A stretch of 61,909 nucleotides of DNA, counting the filler, from Basidioascus undulatus (lineage: Eukaryota): NCBI GenBank assembly GCA_000826855.1. It is 5 parts of 5 records of this genome, joined end to end, with 100 filler letters (N's around TTAATTAATTAA, not from the genome) between each part and the next. Parts side by side here need not be neighbours in the genome. Positions count along the whole stretch, not along the records: positions 8,276 to 37,108 come from JTLS01000143.1; 4 more parts are not named here. One strand, given 5' to 3'. Below the pieces are notes generated by a model. It was not told the DNA's origin. It was given only the letters and a program-made list of their open reading frames with translations, and made no database searches. Shown here in pieces: positions 12,168 through 24,785 of the stretch; position 1 is the first letter of the stretch, and each line of letters begins with the position of its first letter. Position numbers and translations under genes: made by a program.

Positions 12168-13568
12168 ATCCTGCCCAACGCCGCATCGTGCGTGCTCTCG
12201 AACAATGGCGTGACGTCCTTGCCGGCAGCGTAGAGGAGGATGTCCCTGTCGCCGGAGTGCTTGGAGAGTAACCCCGTCAGGTCGTAGACCTGCGAGATAT
12301 CAAAAACCTCCGTCAGATGTACAGCAAAATGCAGATGATGGGAGATGAGGCAGATCAACGGCGACGCTCACCTTCCCCTCAACGCAACCCAGGCTACGCC
12401 TGCCGTGTTGCGCTTCCTCAGCTCCTCGACGGTGCGGAGTTCCTGTTTGAGCGCTTGAATGTCACTTGAAGCTAAGCTCCGTCGAGCCACACATAAAGGC
12501 ATCGGGGCCGTGGCGGCTCCTGCATTAATATAGAATCTGGCAAAGCTCCCTTGCATTGAGTTCATCCAATCTGAACCGGATGACCACGCTCACTTCCCTT
12601 TAGAACATGCCCTGCGACGGTTCAGTTCATGAATTGCTGATTGGACAAAGGTCGCTGTTCAGTCCGTTCGCTCCTCCCTTCTCGGTCCGGGCCAGCTTGA
12701 AGTAAAACGCAGTAACGCAGTTCTATACCCAAGGCGGATTGGATGAGTCCAGCCAATAAATGCCTTTCAGGTCATACAAAAAGTCATCATCAAGCCGACA
12801 CTGTCTCGATTCTGAGACGCGACTGTTTGAAGCCCATGCCTGATCTCCCCACAAAAACATCGCAGACTTGCGCTGGTGAAAGCAGAATAATGCAAATTGC
12901 AATATGGGATGAAGTGGAAAGAGCCGACATCACTCATGCGTCGGATTCTTCCGACCCCAGACCGTTTGCAACACAGAGTCCGTTCCATTTCGAGCCTCTC
13001 CGGCCAAGAAGCGCCCACCAAGCACTTCGAACGCCGCCCAGGACAATGTTGTACTCCTTGCGTGCCTGCTTCAAACAGATGCGAACTTACCAGCATGCTG
13101 GAGCTGGGGGCGTAACTCTTTTTTGAAGTGGTGGTGAAATCAGCGGCAGCAACAGCCACGCTCGCCCTGTAGAAGACCAAGACTCATAGTGCTTTACAGT
13201 TTTGTGCGGTTCACCGGACAGATCAGCGAAGCTTTGTACGACTGCAGTGCTGAGCTGATTGTAGAGTATCAGCGCGGAGAAAGGCGGGCGGGGTGCGGAG
13301 GACGATTAAGGGTACAACCGCAGGCTGAGCGCGGTCAGTATCGAGGTTGCTGCGTGGATGCTTGTTTCTGACGGAGGTTCCATCCGCCGTTGAGTAGATG
13401 GCCGATTGCTGTAGTCGCGGTCCCGAAAGATACGCGAGTTGATCAACAGAACCGCAAGGGTGCCTTCCGAGGCGCGGACGGATTGTAATGCAAACACCAA
13501 GGCGTATCCCAGGGTTAAGCTGGACCTCTATATGAATGCATGTCCAGTCCATGAAATGCACGGAGTAA

Positions 13569-15227
13569 TTAGCCTTTGATCGACGAGTACCAGCCGACGA
13601 TAACGTCGTTCAGCACCAGGCAGAGGCTGCGCGTCCGCCAAGGTGTCAGCGACTACAAGCCATGCGGTATTAAAAGACGCAAGGACCCACATGGTATGCG
13701 GTGCAATACGAAGGAACTGAGCGGTCGTGCCTGTGCGCAAAGCGAGGGTGTGGGTGCAGGCTTGCGCTGAGGGGCTGAGTGGGCAGAAGGACGCACCCTT
13801 GTACCACCCACCGGGGCCCTCGGCCTTGAGCGTCTTCCAAAGACAGTCTATCGGGTTCTTGTACAGCGCGCCCACCTTGCGGCCGTCGGGGAGCGTCTTG
13901 AGCGGCTGGTTGTACACGCGCGTGAGCGCCGTGTCGGGCGGTTGCATCATCTGCGTTCGAGGCGCGTGTCAGCTCGCTGGACGAATGTCGCGACGGGGCA
14001 AAGCACGGCGAAAGGACTGACGAGGCAGACGCAAGCGCCGGAGATGGAGGAGGAGACTAGAAAGTTGGCAACGCTGTCGGCGGGGAGCCAGCCCTGGCTG
14101 GCGAAGTAGTTTTTGGCGGCAATGTACGTAGGCAGTTGGACCTGCGTTACATCGTGTCAACCGATCAAATTCAGACCAATTTCGGGGCCTTGTGGAAGAG
14201 ACTCACCGAAGAGCCCATGCACGTCCGCAAAATAGCGGCGTCCACGCCGCGCACAAATCCGCGCACGCCCTCGGCACGGAAGATGGTCCGGAGCGCGTCG
14301 AAGCCGTTCTTGTAGTTGTGCTGCGTGCCCACCGGCAGGATGGGAGAGTACGCCTGCATGCGCGCCTTGACAAGGTAGAACGGGTTGCCGGACGCCGCTG
14401 TTATTGTTCGCGCGCAGCATCAGTCAGCAGGGGCGTCTTCCAAGATAAGCGAAGCGAGATGAAGACTGACCGCCACATGCGCCAGAGACGACACCAGCCG
14501 CGACGGACGTGAGAGCAGAAGTGGAATGCGGGTCGCGACCGACAAGCCTATTCAACTGCTGTCGGACCGGCTCGTAGAAGCCTGTGCCATGTGCCATGAA
14601 GCGTGAGCCGAGAGGACCAGACACATCTGATGAGTTCGTAGCATGTACCGAGACGGCAGCCGTTCAAGAACGTTTGATAGACTATAGTTCCCCAGCATTA
14701 GGAAGCGCTAGAAGACGGTGCGTTGGTCAAGATGAACATACTGTACTGTTCTTCGGTCGTCAGCACACGCAGAGCCTCGCAATCAGATGGGAATGACTCA
14801 CACCCGGCCCCAACCCCCGCTGCAAGCCCCTAAGCCCCTCATTCCGCCACGTCTTCACGAACACGTCCCCGACGTTCCGGTACACCCTGGGTGCATCCTT
14901 CGCGAGCTCGCCTTGTAGCTGCACTATAGCGAGCGTGCTTCGTCAGCGGAGGCCGTATCTAGCGGCGCTGGACAGATCTGACGAACATCTAGTTTTGCAG
15001 AGCTACGCAAACAGTAACGGTAAGCATTCAAAATCTATAGCGGATAGTGCTTTGGAACTCACCTCCATGGGATTCGTGCAAGTCACCGCCATGCTATTCT
15101 CCGGCTTGCCGGATCAGCGATGCCGAAGAGAGAAGACCACCCAGAAGACGCACCAGGACGCGACGGCGCCGCAAACGAAGCTCTCAGGGGTGCTCAGCTT
15201 GGGCTTGGGAGGCGTAGCTTGGGCCAT
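13569..15227 (-). CDS. OAC1: Mitochondrial oxaloacetate/sulfate carrier
   Basis: Spliced: AVTCTNPME|LCKTRLQLQGEL...GLRGLQRGLGPG|YIYQTFLNGCRLGFYEP...GNPFYLVKARMQAYSP...MQPPDTALTRVYNQ...FLRIAPHT. All introns GT-AG. Confidence 0.95.
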
Positions 15228-16287
15228 AACGAGTGTGATCTGGTGGAAGACCGGGTATCTGACGGCGAGAAGCCGGGGTTTGTCAAGAGCAGCAGCGGAG
15301 GAGGAGCGTCGAGATGAAAGGGCGACGCCGCCGGACGGGCGCCCGAAAGTGTTGTCGGCTATTCGGCAAAGCCATCCCCACATGTACCGTGGATGACCCT
15401 CGCACATAACCTTTTCTCAGACGAATGAACCTGCGTGAAACGCCAAACTGTGGTGCCTGCTGCATGAAGCCGTTTCAGTGTCGAGGACGAACTCCGATTT
15501 GGTATTCGAGTGTCGAGTGGCCTTCAAAGACCTCAAGAGACCACCGTATATGTGTGACCTGGGAAGCTTCTGAGATCCTTGTAATCTCTCGTACATCTTC
15601 ATGAATCCTTCGTAGGCCTGAGGGTGATCAACATCAGTGACCGCTTCGTGCCAGCGGCGCCGCATACGGGTCGTCGTTACGACATGTAGTTACAGGTACG
15701 TCGTCGGCGTCCGCGAAGTTGAATGATGGGCGAGAACATTCGAACACAGTCGCACATCTCCAGAACCCGTATGTGGGCGCTGGCGTTGTTGGTCGACAAC
15801 AGACACGCTCCAACCGTTGCGGAGAGGAGTGATTGTCTATTATTGCCCCTCCCCCGGACGGTCCTCGCATTCCGCTCGACTCCCCCGCTCGACTCCCTCA
15901 TGCCCCGCGGGGCCGGCGAAGATGGACCAGCCGAAAATATATGGGGGTAGACACAAATCAACCGATATCGGCCCGGAATTTGCGCAAGGGGCTGCCAGGG
16001 ACTACGCTCCGAGCGGGCGATCCGCCAGAGTCCCTGCCTGGCAGCTGCATCGTCATTGCCATACCGTCCCGTCCTCTTAAGCCCGGAACCGCACACGAAG
16101 ATTCTTCTTTTACCCCCATTTTTCACCTTTATCCTCACCCAAGCACTCAACCCAACATTGGCCCACGATAGCAAGAAAGGCGGCACGGCCCCGCCATCGC
16201 CACCTTCGCGGGCGTCCCTCGACAGATCCATCGACTTCCTCGCAAGTCGAGAAGCCCAAGGCGCCGAGCAAGCGTCGAAACTATCCC

Positions 16288-19044
16288 ATGTCTACGTCTC
16301 CCCCTCCGATGCCATGATGGGAAAAATACCTCCCCGGGCGGTACGACCGCAACAACCTGCCGCTGACAGGCAAGATGATGTACTGGGCCATCCAGGGTGA
16401 GTGGTTGTGTGGCGGCTGGAATGTACCGCATGCTGATTTCTGGGACAGGCATGGGCGGTCTTGCGATTCTGTTCTAGTGCGTGGCGTAGCATTGGGCGTT
16501 GCGGAATCTCGCCGATACTTTGTGTCATGTTCGCAGCGGCTACGACCAGGTTAGTTTCCATCTCACTCTCGGCACCGTCGCAGCTTCTGAAACCGTGCCT
16601 CTCTCCTTAGGGTGTCATGTCTTGTAAGCTCCAATGGGCTGTGGAATGTCCCGGAATTATGATCTTACTGAAGCCGTTGTGCTCAATGCTCTTCAGGCGT
16701 CAACATCACGGTGAGTCTCAGACGCAGTCGACACGGAGCGAGGCTGAAGCTGATCTCGCTCGGGCGCTCACAGCCGGACTACCTGAGGCTCATGGGCTGG
16801 GGTAAGTCTTGACAGCAGGAATTCTTCTCGGCAAAAGGCTCAACTGGATGAGTGATCCCACAGACAGCAGTGTTCAGCCTGACGACAGCGCCCCAGGGGG
16901 ATACAAGCGTGGCGCTGGCCTCGAAACATCGCGCGACGCTGCCTGCGTGGGTGAGTGTCGCCGGTCCTGCAAGCTGAAGCCGGACGTCTTCTAATACTTT
17001 ATGCGCCTCCAGTCGTTTCTGTTGCGGTCAGTCACATTAGATACGATGTTGCTCACAAACTGGCTTCCGCAGATCTACTACCTCGGAACCTGGATAGGCG
17101 CGTATGGTGTACGTGCATCTCCCAAATTGGCAGAAGAGCGGCCGTCTAACTTGGACCAAATACTGGGTTACATCGATAGAGAGGCTATTTCGGAGACAAA
17201 ATCGGACGTGTGCGAAGGGTCATCATCGCGTGCTTGTGGGCGACGCTGGGTGTGACGTTCTTCTCTTCCTCCCCATGGGCGACGGGCGTTCTGACACAAT
17301 CGGGTCCGCAATCGCAGGTGGCTTTGCAGTCTTCTGCAATGAAAATCACGTGGATGGTGAGTAAATCGTTTAGAGATGAGGCGAGGAAAGCAGCGTGAAT
17401 GCTAGTGTGATCTCTGCGTTTCCAGATGTCCGCTCGCGTGTATGCTGAATTCCTCCCGAAGCTCTTAGAATTTATGTTTACTACTACCTCCACGCCGCTG
17501 ACACTTCCATGTGACCGCAGCACGAAGAAGGACTCTCTCAACGTCCGGCGTCGTGTCTGGCTTACGCTCCTAATCCAAACATTGTAAGTCCTTTCGCGCT
17601 TTGAAAGGTGTCCGGCTGAAAGTGTGCACGGACATGTTAACCATTTCCTCCTCCATGGCAGGCAAGAACTCAACGGTGACCGTGTACGCGCCCACGGTCT
17701 TCGAGCAAGCTGGCTACACCGAGCAGAAAGCCTCTCTTCTCGCCGGATTCAACGATACGGCGTATATGTTCAGTGTTTTAATACCTACGGTGACTCTTGA
17801 TCGTGTCGGGCGTAGAAATACACTGTGCATACTTGCAAACGAAGCGTTGAGCATCTCGGCTAAACCACGGTGCAGCTTTTGGGGCATGGCCTTTGCGCTC
17901 ATCATGTGCACATTCTGCGCGAAATACGCGTTGATGTACGGCCACAAAGGACGTAACCAAGTGGGGAGCCGTCGTCACTACTTTTGTCTTGTGAGTGCGC
18001 TTCCGCTGCTGATCCAAGGAGTGCGCTGACGGACGGCTTTGCAGCGTGTACACCTCTACTTTCCGCGCCACCTGCTTGACTTTGTGAGTTCTATTTGAAG
18101 TATTATTGCACTAGGGGATGCAAAACTTAGCTAGAGGTTGCGGCGTTGGGTGCAACCGAGCTCGCGAGGTCGCAACTTGGCCGGCTCGCAACTTGGCCCT
18201 GCGTTTCATTGATAGACTGACAATTTACGGGGTTTTTTTTTTACTTGTTGATTTTCTAGGCCTTGGTTTGTATCCTACGGAATTTTTTCCAAATTTCATC
18301 AGTGCGAAAGGTGGCGCATACTCTGTTATTGGTTGGAGCATCGGAAACGGCGTTATCACAGAGGTTCGCGTCCATCTACCCTCTTCTACGTTTCTGCAGT
18401 CGTCTGACCTTTCAATACCTGCAGATTACACCCTTCCTTTTCCAGTAAGTAACCCATTTTCCTCCATACACCTTCCCCGAAGCTGAGCTGATCAATCCCA
18501 ACCCACCTTTTCCCTTCTCTCTCCCCTCCTTCTTCTCCCCGCGTCCGCCCCGGCCTTATTTTCTATCCAGGGCAATCACTTACTGGACCTTCCTCCTCTT
18601 TGCTCTTGTAAGTTTCCCTGCTCCCCGTACCGTGGTAGTGTCGGTAGTCAAATCGTCGCTCGACGCTGCGGCAGATTCTGCTGAGAGGCTGACATTCTGT
18701 CACAGCTCAACGTCGTCCCCATCCCGATCGTCTGGACTCTGCTACCCTAGACGGCAGGACGCACGCTCGAGAGCATGGTCCTCTTCTTCGGGGGCGACAC
18801 GAGCTTGTTCGTGTGGAAGGCGGAGCGCCACCTCAAGGAGATCGAGCGGGACAACCCCGATCTCTACGACGCGGCCGTCAACGGCGACAGACACGCCATC
18901 CAAGCAGCTCTCGCCGGAGGCGAGTGGACGGCGACATCGGCAGCTTTCGCGCGGAGCGGACGCGAGAAGGGGGCGCGCTTCCCCGACGTCGAGCATCGCG
19001 AAGACACTGCGGCTGAATCACGCTCGTCGGGTGACTTTTTCTAG
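16288..19044 (+). pseudogene. MFS sugar porter pseudogene
   Basis: GYDQ|GVM, GDKIGR, YAPTVFEQAG, LDRVGRR, LYPTE and YP(E)TAGRTLE motifs. Lesions: TGA at 16315-16317, missing TM4-TM6 plus loop at intron 17440-17520, 1-nt deletion at ~18749. Confidence 0.85.
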
Positions 19045-20218
19045 ATACCCCATTGCTAGACCTTCTAGATTTTCATCCTTAACTAGATACGGTCTCGACG
19101 TGCTTTTCATTTAATGTCTTAGAGTCTGAGCATACCCGTCACGCTTCTCATGCACACAATCACGCCTGGACGGATTCTGCTTGCTCGATGTGCAAACTGA
19201 AGTAAGGGCGGGCCGCTCGCTTAGGTCGAGCTTCATTCTTCCAAACAATTACCAAAACCATCGAGTTACTTCGCAACGCTTGCATTTGGGTGATCCGGGG
19301 TGGACAGTATCCCAACTCGAGGTCGGCGAAGTCCCCCAGAAGGAAGCCAGCTCTGCTGCACCCGGTCCGTCATCAATCTGAGGGTATCAATGAAGAGCGT
19401 GCGGAGACTTGGTAGCTTAAAGTACAAGACCAGAAAGCCCGAGGTGTACCCGTCTGCACAGACCCCTACTAATCCAAGCGTGAGCTCCCGCAGCGAACTA
19501 AAGCCTGCCAGGAGGTGCGCCGAGGGCGCTTTAATAGCTTCACGGAAACGTTCCCCATTTTCGGCGTACAGCTCAGTGAAGATCTGAAGGGTCGGGCCGA
19601 GCTTGACGATACGCAGAAGGTCCGAAGCTGGTACATCTTCTTGATTCCATAGGCGATTGAGGGTAAGAGCGCATTTATACTTCCTAACTCCGGGACCAAG
19701 TTGACTCCGCCATCTTTGTCCTGCAACACCTTACTCGTACAAGAACGGTTTTGCGATGGCGCGAAGGCGTGGAGAAACGAGCGCGAGTGCGTGGATCGAC
19801 GAGCAGAGTCCCACGATTTGAAGCACGTTGGGAAGGTCGTTGAAAACAGCTATATCGGTTGAATCGCGTACAGGCTGTGAGGATTATGGAAGATGATGGT
19901 GGAAGGGAAAGATAGCCGAGCAATATTGGTCCTGAGGGCCGATTTCGAGAGGAAGATTTTCCCGCAGTCCAGCGGAACTTGACAAACCACGATCATTCAT
20001 CGCAGTACGTAATGGAACGAATTGGGCGTGGAATTTTTCGCATACACTTTCCTTTTTTGCGTCACTATTCCATCGGTTAGAATCGCGAGAGTGAGCTTTG
20101 CCGCAAGAAAGCGAGGTCTTCTGCTTGCCGCTGTTGCTCCGGCTCGGCGCCGTATCTAGCCGTAGTCACGCGTGACGCGAAACCTTGTGCGCCTGCGACA
20201 TCGCCTCTTGTTTCGTCA

Positions 20219-22508
20219 ATGGCATCCATGTTCTCATTACGCCCAACAGCGAGCACGCACATTATGAGGCGTATCGGACTGAACATACCGCAGCGGGTCC
20301 CCGCTCTGCGGCGGACTCTGGCGACCTCGGCGGTAGCACCGCTGGGCGAGGTGCCCAACGCGCTCACGCAATCAGCGTTCACGACTTCGCTGCGATTTGT
20401 CGGGGCAGGGATGGATGGGAAGGGCATCGAGACTTTTAGAGTGCTGGATGGGAATGGGCAGGTGCTGGAGGGTGCGGAGGAGCCAGATGTGAGTGACCTG
20501 AGCTCTCATGCAACGTCGGGGAACTGAGATGGGTGTTCGGTGGGCGGACCAGGTCAGCGAGGAGGAGGCAGTTAAGCTGTGAGTATGCAGGAGAGGGACG
20601 AAGCTTGGAGTTGGGGCTGAGAATTGGAGGAATTGGTAGATATGAGACCATGCAACTTCTGCCAACCTGCGACAACATCCTGTTCAATTCCCAGCGTCAA
20701 GGCCGGTACGCTGCTCAGTCCAGCTGGTTCAGCGCTCTGAGGCTGACGACTAGTTGAGGGACACTCAGAATAAGGTACATCCTCTGAAAGTAGCAATAAC
20801 AAGTAGTGCAAAATGCTGAGCATCTCAATTACAGTTTCTACATGACTTCCCATGGCGAGGAAGCGTCCGTCATCGGCTCGGCTTCTGCGATGCTACCTAC
20901 AGATGAAGTGGTGAGTCTTTTTTGAAGCAGAAGTTTATTTTGAACCTCGGACTAATAAAGCTTTCGCTCCACAGTTCGGCCAATACCGCGAGATGGGCGT
21001 ACGCTGCACTTCCCTTCCAGCCATCTCGAACGCGCGGCCACTCACTCTCCTCCCCGTCGATCGGCAGGTCCTCCTCTGGCGCGACTTTCCTCTCTCCTCC
21101 ATCATGAACCAGTGCTTCTCGAACGCACTCGACACTTCAACAGGCGGCAAGCAGATGCCAGTTGTGGGTGTACCACCCTCATTTCCCTGCGTCATGCCCA
21201 GCTGAAGGTGTCCCACCGTTCAGCACTTCGGATCTGCGGAGTACCGCTTCCACACCATCTCGTCACCGCTATCGACGCAGATTCCGCAGGCCGCGGGCGC
21301 GGCGTACGCTCTCAAGCGCGATCCGCAGAGGAGGAACCGGGACGCGGTGATCTGCTATTTCGGCGAAGGTACATTATCATAGTATGCCGCAAGCCAGGTA
21401 TAGCTCATCCTGGTGAACGGGATGCAGGAGCGGCGAGCGAGGGCGATTTCCATGCAGGGCTGCAGATGTCGAGCGTGCTCGGGGGAGGTACGTCGCGCTT
21501 GAGATTCGCGACGATAGCGCTCTGCTAACACCGCTTATTGACTCAGCGGTCGTGTTCTTCTGCCGCAACAACGGCTTCGCAATCAGCACGCCTGCCTCGG
21601 AGCAGTATGCTGGCGACGGTATCGTGCGTTTCGCCCGTCTCGTTCTCGCAGTCCTCTCGAACTCACATAAATGAATGTCGGACAGGCTGCCCGTGGTGCC
21701 GGATATGGCATCCCCACTGTGCGCGTGGATGGCAACGACGTGTTTGCCGTGCGCAGGGCTGTCAAAGCTGCAAGGGAGCGTGCGGTGAAGGAGAGCAGGC
21801 CAGGTAAAATGCCAATTTCCTCTTTTCCGGAGAGCGGGACCTGATTGACAGTTGCTCATAACAGTGCTTGTCGAGGCTATCACGTATCGGTGCGGCTTAC
21901 TTTCTTCCCGGACGCCGCATACAGACGTCGCTTGTCTCTGACATGTTCGGATGCACAGCGTCGGTCACCACTCGACCTCGGACGACTCTTCCGCCTACCG
22001 CTCCATGTCAGACGTCGAGAACTGGAAGAAGATCGGTACGTCTCGCTTACCCAGGTCAATCCGGTCTCGCGCCATTGTACTCATCTTCCCTCCAGACAAC
22101 CCTCTTCACCGCCTCCGTCGCTTCCTCGACGCTCGCAGATGGTGGTCCGACGAGCGTGAGGACGCGATGCGCAAGTCCCAGCGCGCCGCCGTGCTCAAGG
22201 CGTTCCAGACCGCGGAAAAGGTACCGAAGCCTGCGCTGAGCAAGATGTTCGACGACGTGTACGACGTACTGCCGCAGCATCTGGTACGCCGCTGTCCTCA
22301 TATCTTCTCCACCAACTGTCAAGCAATGTCTGACGCGATGGTTGATACGACGCTGGCCGGACAGAGGGAGCAGCGCGCGGATCTCGCGAGGTTGGTGGAG
22401 AAGTACGGGGAGGCGTGGGAGCCGTGGAAGAGCGAGTTGGCGAAGTTCGAGCAGGGTGGGGAAGATCTGAAGCAGTTCGCCAAGGAGGGTGAGGGCAGGA
22501 AAGAGTAG
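20219..22508 (+). CDS. BCKDHA: 2-oxoisovalerate (branched-chain keto acid) dehydrogenase E1 alpha, mitochondrial
   Basis: [49 protein letters not shown] and [16 protein letters not shown] motifs across many exons. Start could instead be 20228 or 20264. Confidence 0.95.
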
Positions 22509-23135
22509 AATGAATAGGTTGGTTTATGGGCCGTCCTGACTGGCACCCAAAGCACGTAGTGTCTCGTTTCATGCCGGGCAACGCTCAGAAGTCCTTCTTG
22601 TGATATAGAAAATCAAGATTTTTGGATTTTTTGCAGCACGGGCTTAGCTTCAAGTCACTGCGGTGAGTGCGTGTGAACTGACGTTGTCATGGTGCGATGG
22701 CCCTGCGCCGCGCATCCCTTCTTCCCCTTCACTCTCATTTGAGGCAGTACCTCTTCAAGCGCTACGTCTACCACAGGTTCAGAAAGCCTGGAGCGAGACT
22801 TTGAAGGCGGAGAAGGGAGAGCGGCAACTCTCCTCTGGGCCACACGAGGAGACTGCGAAGCTTAGACTCGAGGCTGGAGATACGCAATTGAGTTGCCCTG
22901 GATAATTGTATTGGAAGATCGCTTCTACAATTGAGGGTTATAGAATGCACGCAATGAGAAACGAGCTTGCTGGAATGCGAAGCCAGTACTGTACAATGTA
23001 GATGACCGTTGAAAAGATGCGCTTGCCAGCGAGCGCTACAGCTGAGTGAACATCATTCAGTAGAAGAATACTTTCAGAGTCTTGAGCACCTATTGCGTTC
23101 GCTGTCAAAGACGTTGCATGGCATAAAGGTTCCGT

Positions 23136-24210
23136 TCATCTCCTCTCTATATCCGAGTCCTCGTCGCCATGACGGTTGTCCATCCGCTCCCCCCGAATGA
23201 AATGTGGAGAAATCCAATACTGCGTGAACATGATAAATTGAGTTAAGAGCCGGTGCAACTGTAAATATGACGGCTCACCTGCGGCCAGCGTCGTCGTCCC
23301 AAGTTGTTCCAGATAGCGGTCCACCCTATGAAAACGCACGACGAAACGATTGCGACCCAGAAGAGCTAAACCCAGAGGTCATGTTATTTCAAAATGCTTG
23401 ACATACCGGTATAAGGGACGAACCACCCCCCCATCCTTACCGCACCGCTGCTCGTCGTGCCGAGCACTGCGAAAGCTCTACCGGGCGGGTGGACCGTGTT
23501 GGTGAGCTGCATCACCCAGAGCGACACCGCCACAGCCAGCGCGCCCGCGAGCCATCCTAGACCTTCGGGATCGTCTTGGTTTTGGGGATTGTAGTGCGAC
23601 GAATATGCGCCGAGGCGTTGCGCGCATACAGCGAAGATTGCAGAGTAGGCGTGCGCGAAGAGGATTGAGCGGGGCTGTGGTAAAGGAACGATCAGCCATA
23701 CGACCATGAATCGCTAGTCTGAGAAATACGTGAGCCAGCGGAGAGTCGTATTGGGAGAACTGGATCACAAGTCCAGTTCCGACTGCATAAAATGCTCGCC
23801 CCGTTAGCAAACGTTAACGTCGTCTTCGTACTTCACTGCCCGGAATCACTTACAGCTTCCGAGCAGAGTGGGTGCCCCATGTCGTTTGAAAGGAGCAGCT
23901 TTTGGAAGCTGCCCAAGCAGAACGAGGGCGATAAAGGCGCCCACGACACTTTGGAACATGTGCTGCCAGTAAACGGAACCCGGATCGCTGAGTTGCACTC
24001 ACACAGAAAGAAACATCGATTATGTAAACGCACCTCTAACTTTGCACCCCATGGAGTCTGTCTTCAATGGAGAAAGAACCGCGGTTGATCCAAAGACTCA
24101 GGTTTGTCAGGAGACTTGGACGACGTGGGTGTTCGGTAGCCCAGGAAATGCGAGAGGGGTTATGTCTTCCGAAGGAAGCGGGAGAGCTTCGGGGTGTTGG
24201 ATACGTCCAT
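23136..24210 (-). pseudogene. HPP-family membrane protein, probable pseudogene
   Basis: LSHFLGYR, SFGTGLVIQF...DSPLA|PRSILFAH, TNTVHPPG, WNNLGRRRWPQ|YW. In-frame stops in exon 1 at 24160-24162 (TAA) and 24064-24066 (TGA). Confidence 0.8.
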
Positions 24211-24785
24211 GTTGGTAAGGGACGTGAGGGTATCAAGAAGAGTTCAGTTATGTTGATGGATGAAGAGCAGCATGACCCATGAAATACTTTAATCTGCGAA
24301 GTGCAGCGGAGCATGATGTCACGTCATGTTCCACCTATGGCTGTACTCCAGCGGCGGACTGGCGAGAAGTTGATGCAGTACTTCTGAGGTTTTCTTGCTC
24401 CGCTGTTACTGTACACGTTGGGGCAGTGATTGCCCAAGGAGGAACTGGGCCGGCACGGTCAACGCGTGCGGCGCGAAGACGAGGACTCGCAATCCTTGTC
24501 GGTTGGAGAGTGGGGGTAAACTACCTACAGCACGAAGACATGACGACGAATATGTTAAATTCTTGTGTACATAACCCAAGTGTCTTGCCATCCTGGACGA
24601 GCTGTCCAGGATGCTTTCGTCAGACTGGAGAGACAGTCTCCCCTGGCAGGGGTCCACTCTTTGGCAACATACAAAGATTTTCAGTCACGTGACCTTGATC
24701 AGTGAATTTCCTTCTCGGTCCCCTTGTCTTCCCTCCAAACCCATCTCTCAGCTCAACATCAGCTCGCAACACGCTAATTAACACA

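Larger units (their letters stand above)
10020..12502 (-). pseudogene. Decayed cytochrome b5-fused front-end (delta-5-like) fatty acid desaturase
   Basis: b5 domain EELRKRNTAGVAWVALRGR|VYDLTGLLSKHSGDRDILLYAAGKDVTPLFE...DLPGFPEPDAF (HPGG changed to HSGD). His box 1 HDGRH at 11786-11800. His box 2 W|IYKHVLS(H)HSYTNVEG carries a +1 frameshift. Downstream remnant GVQVWEVRLE...AVRV near 10090-10175. No QxxHH box seen. Confidence 0.8.

Noticed and set aside
15417..15665. PPR-like peptide (YEGFMKMYERL...HIYGGLLRSL)
   Set aside because: Single weak motif with no supportable gene structure.
19400..19920. Further F-box/LRR remnant (IAYGIKKMYQLRTF)
   Set aside because: Too short and degenerate to support.
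16315..24162. In-frame stops as evidence of an alternative genetic code or readthrough
   Set aside because: Confined to accessory genes, one of which also has a frameshift and deletion; intact genes end with TAA, TAG and TGA normally.
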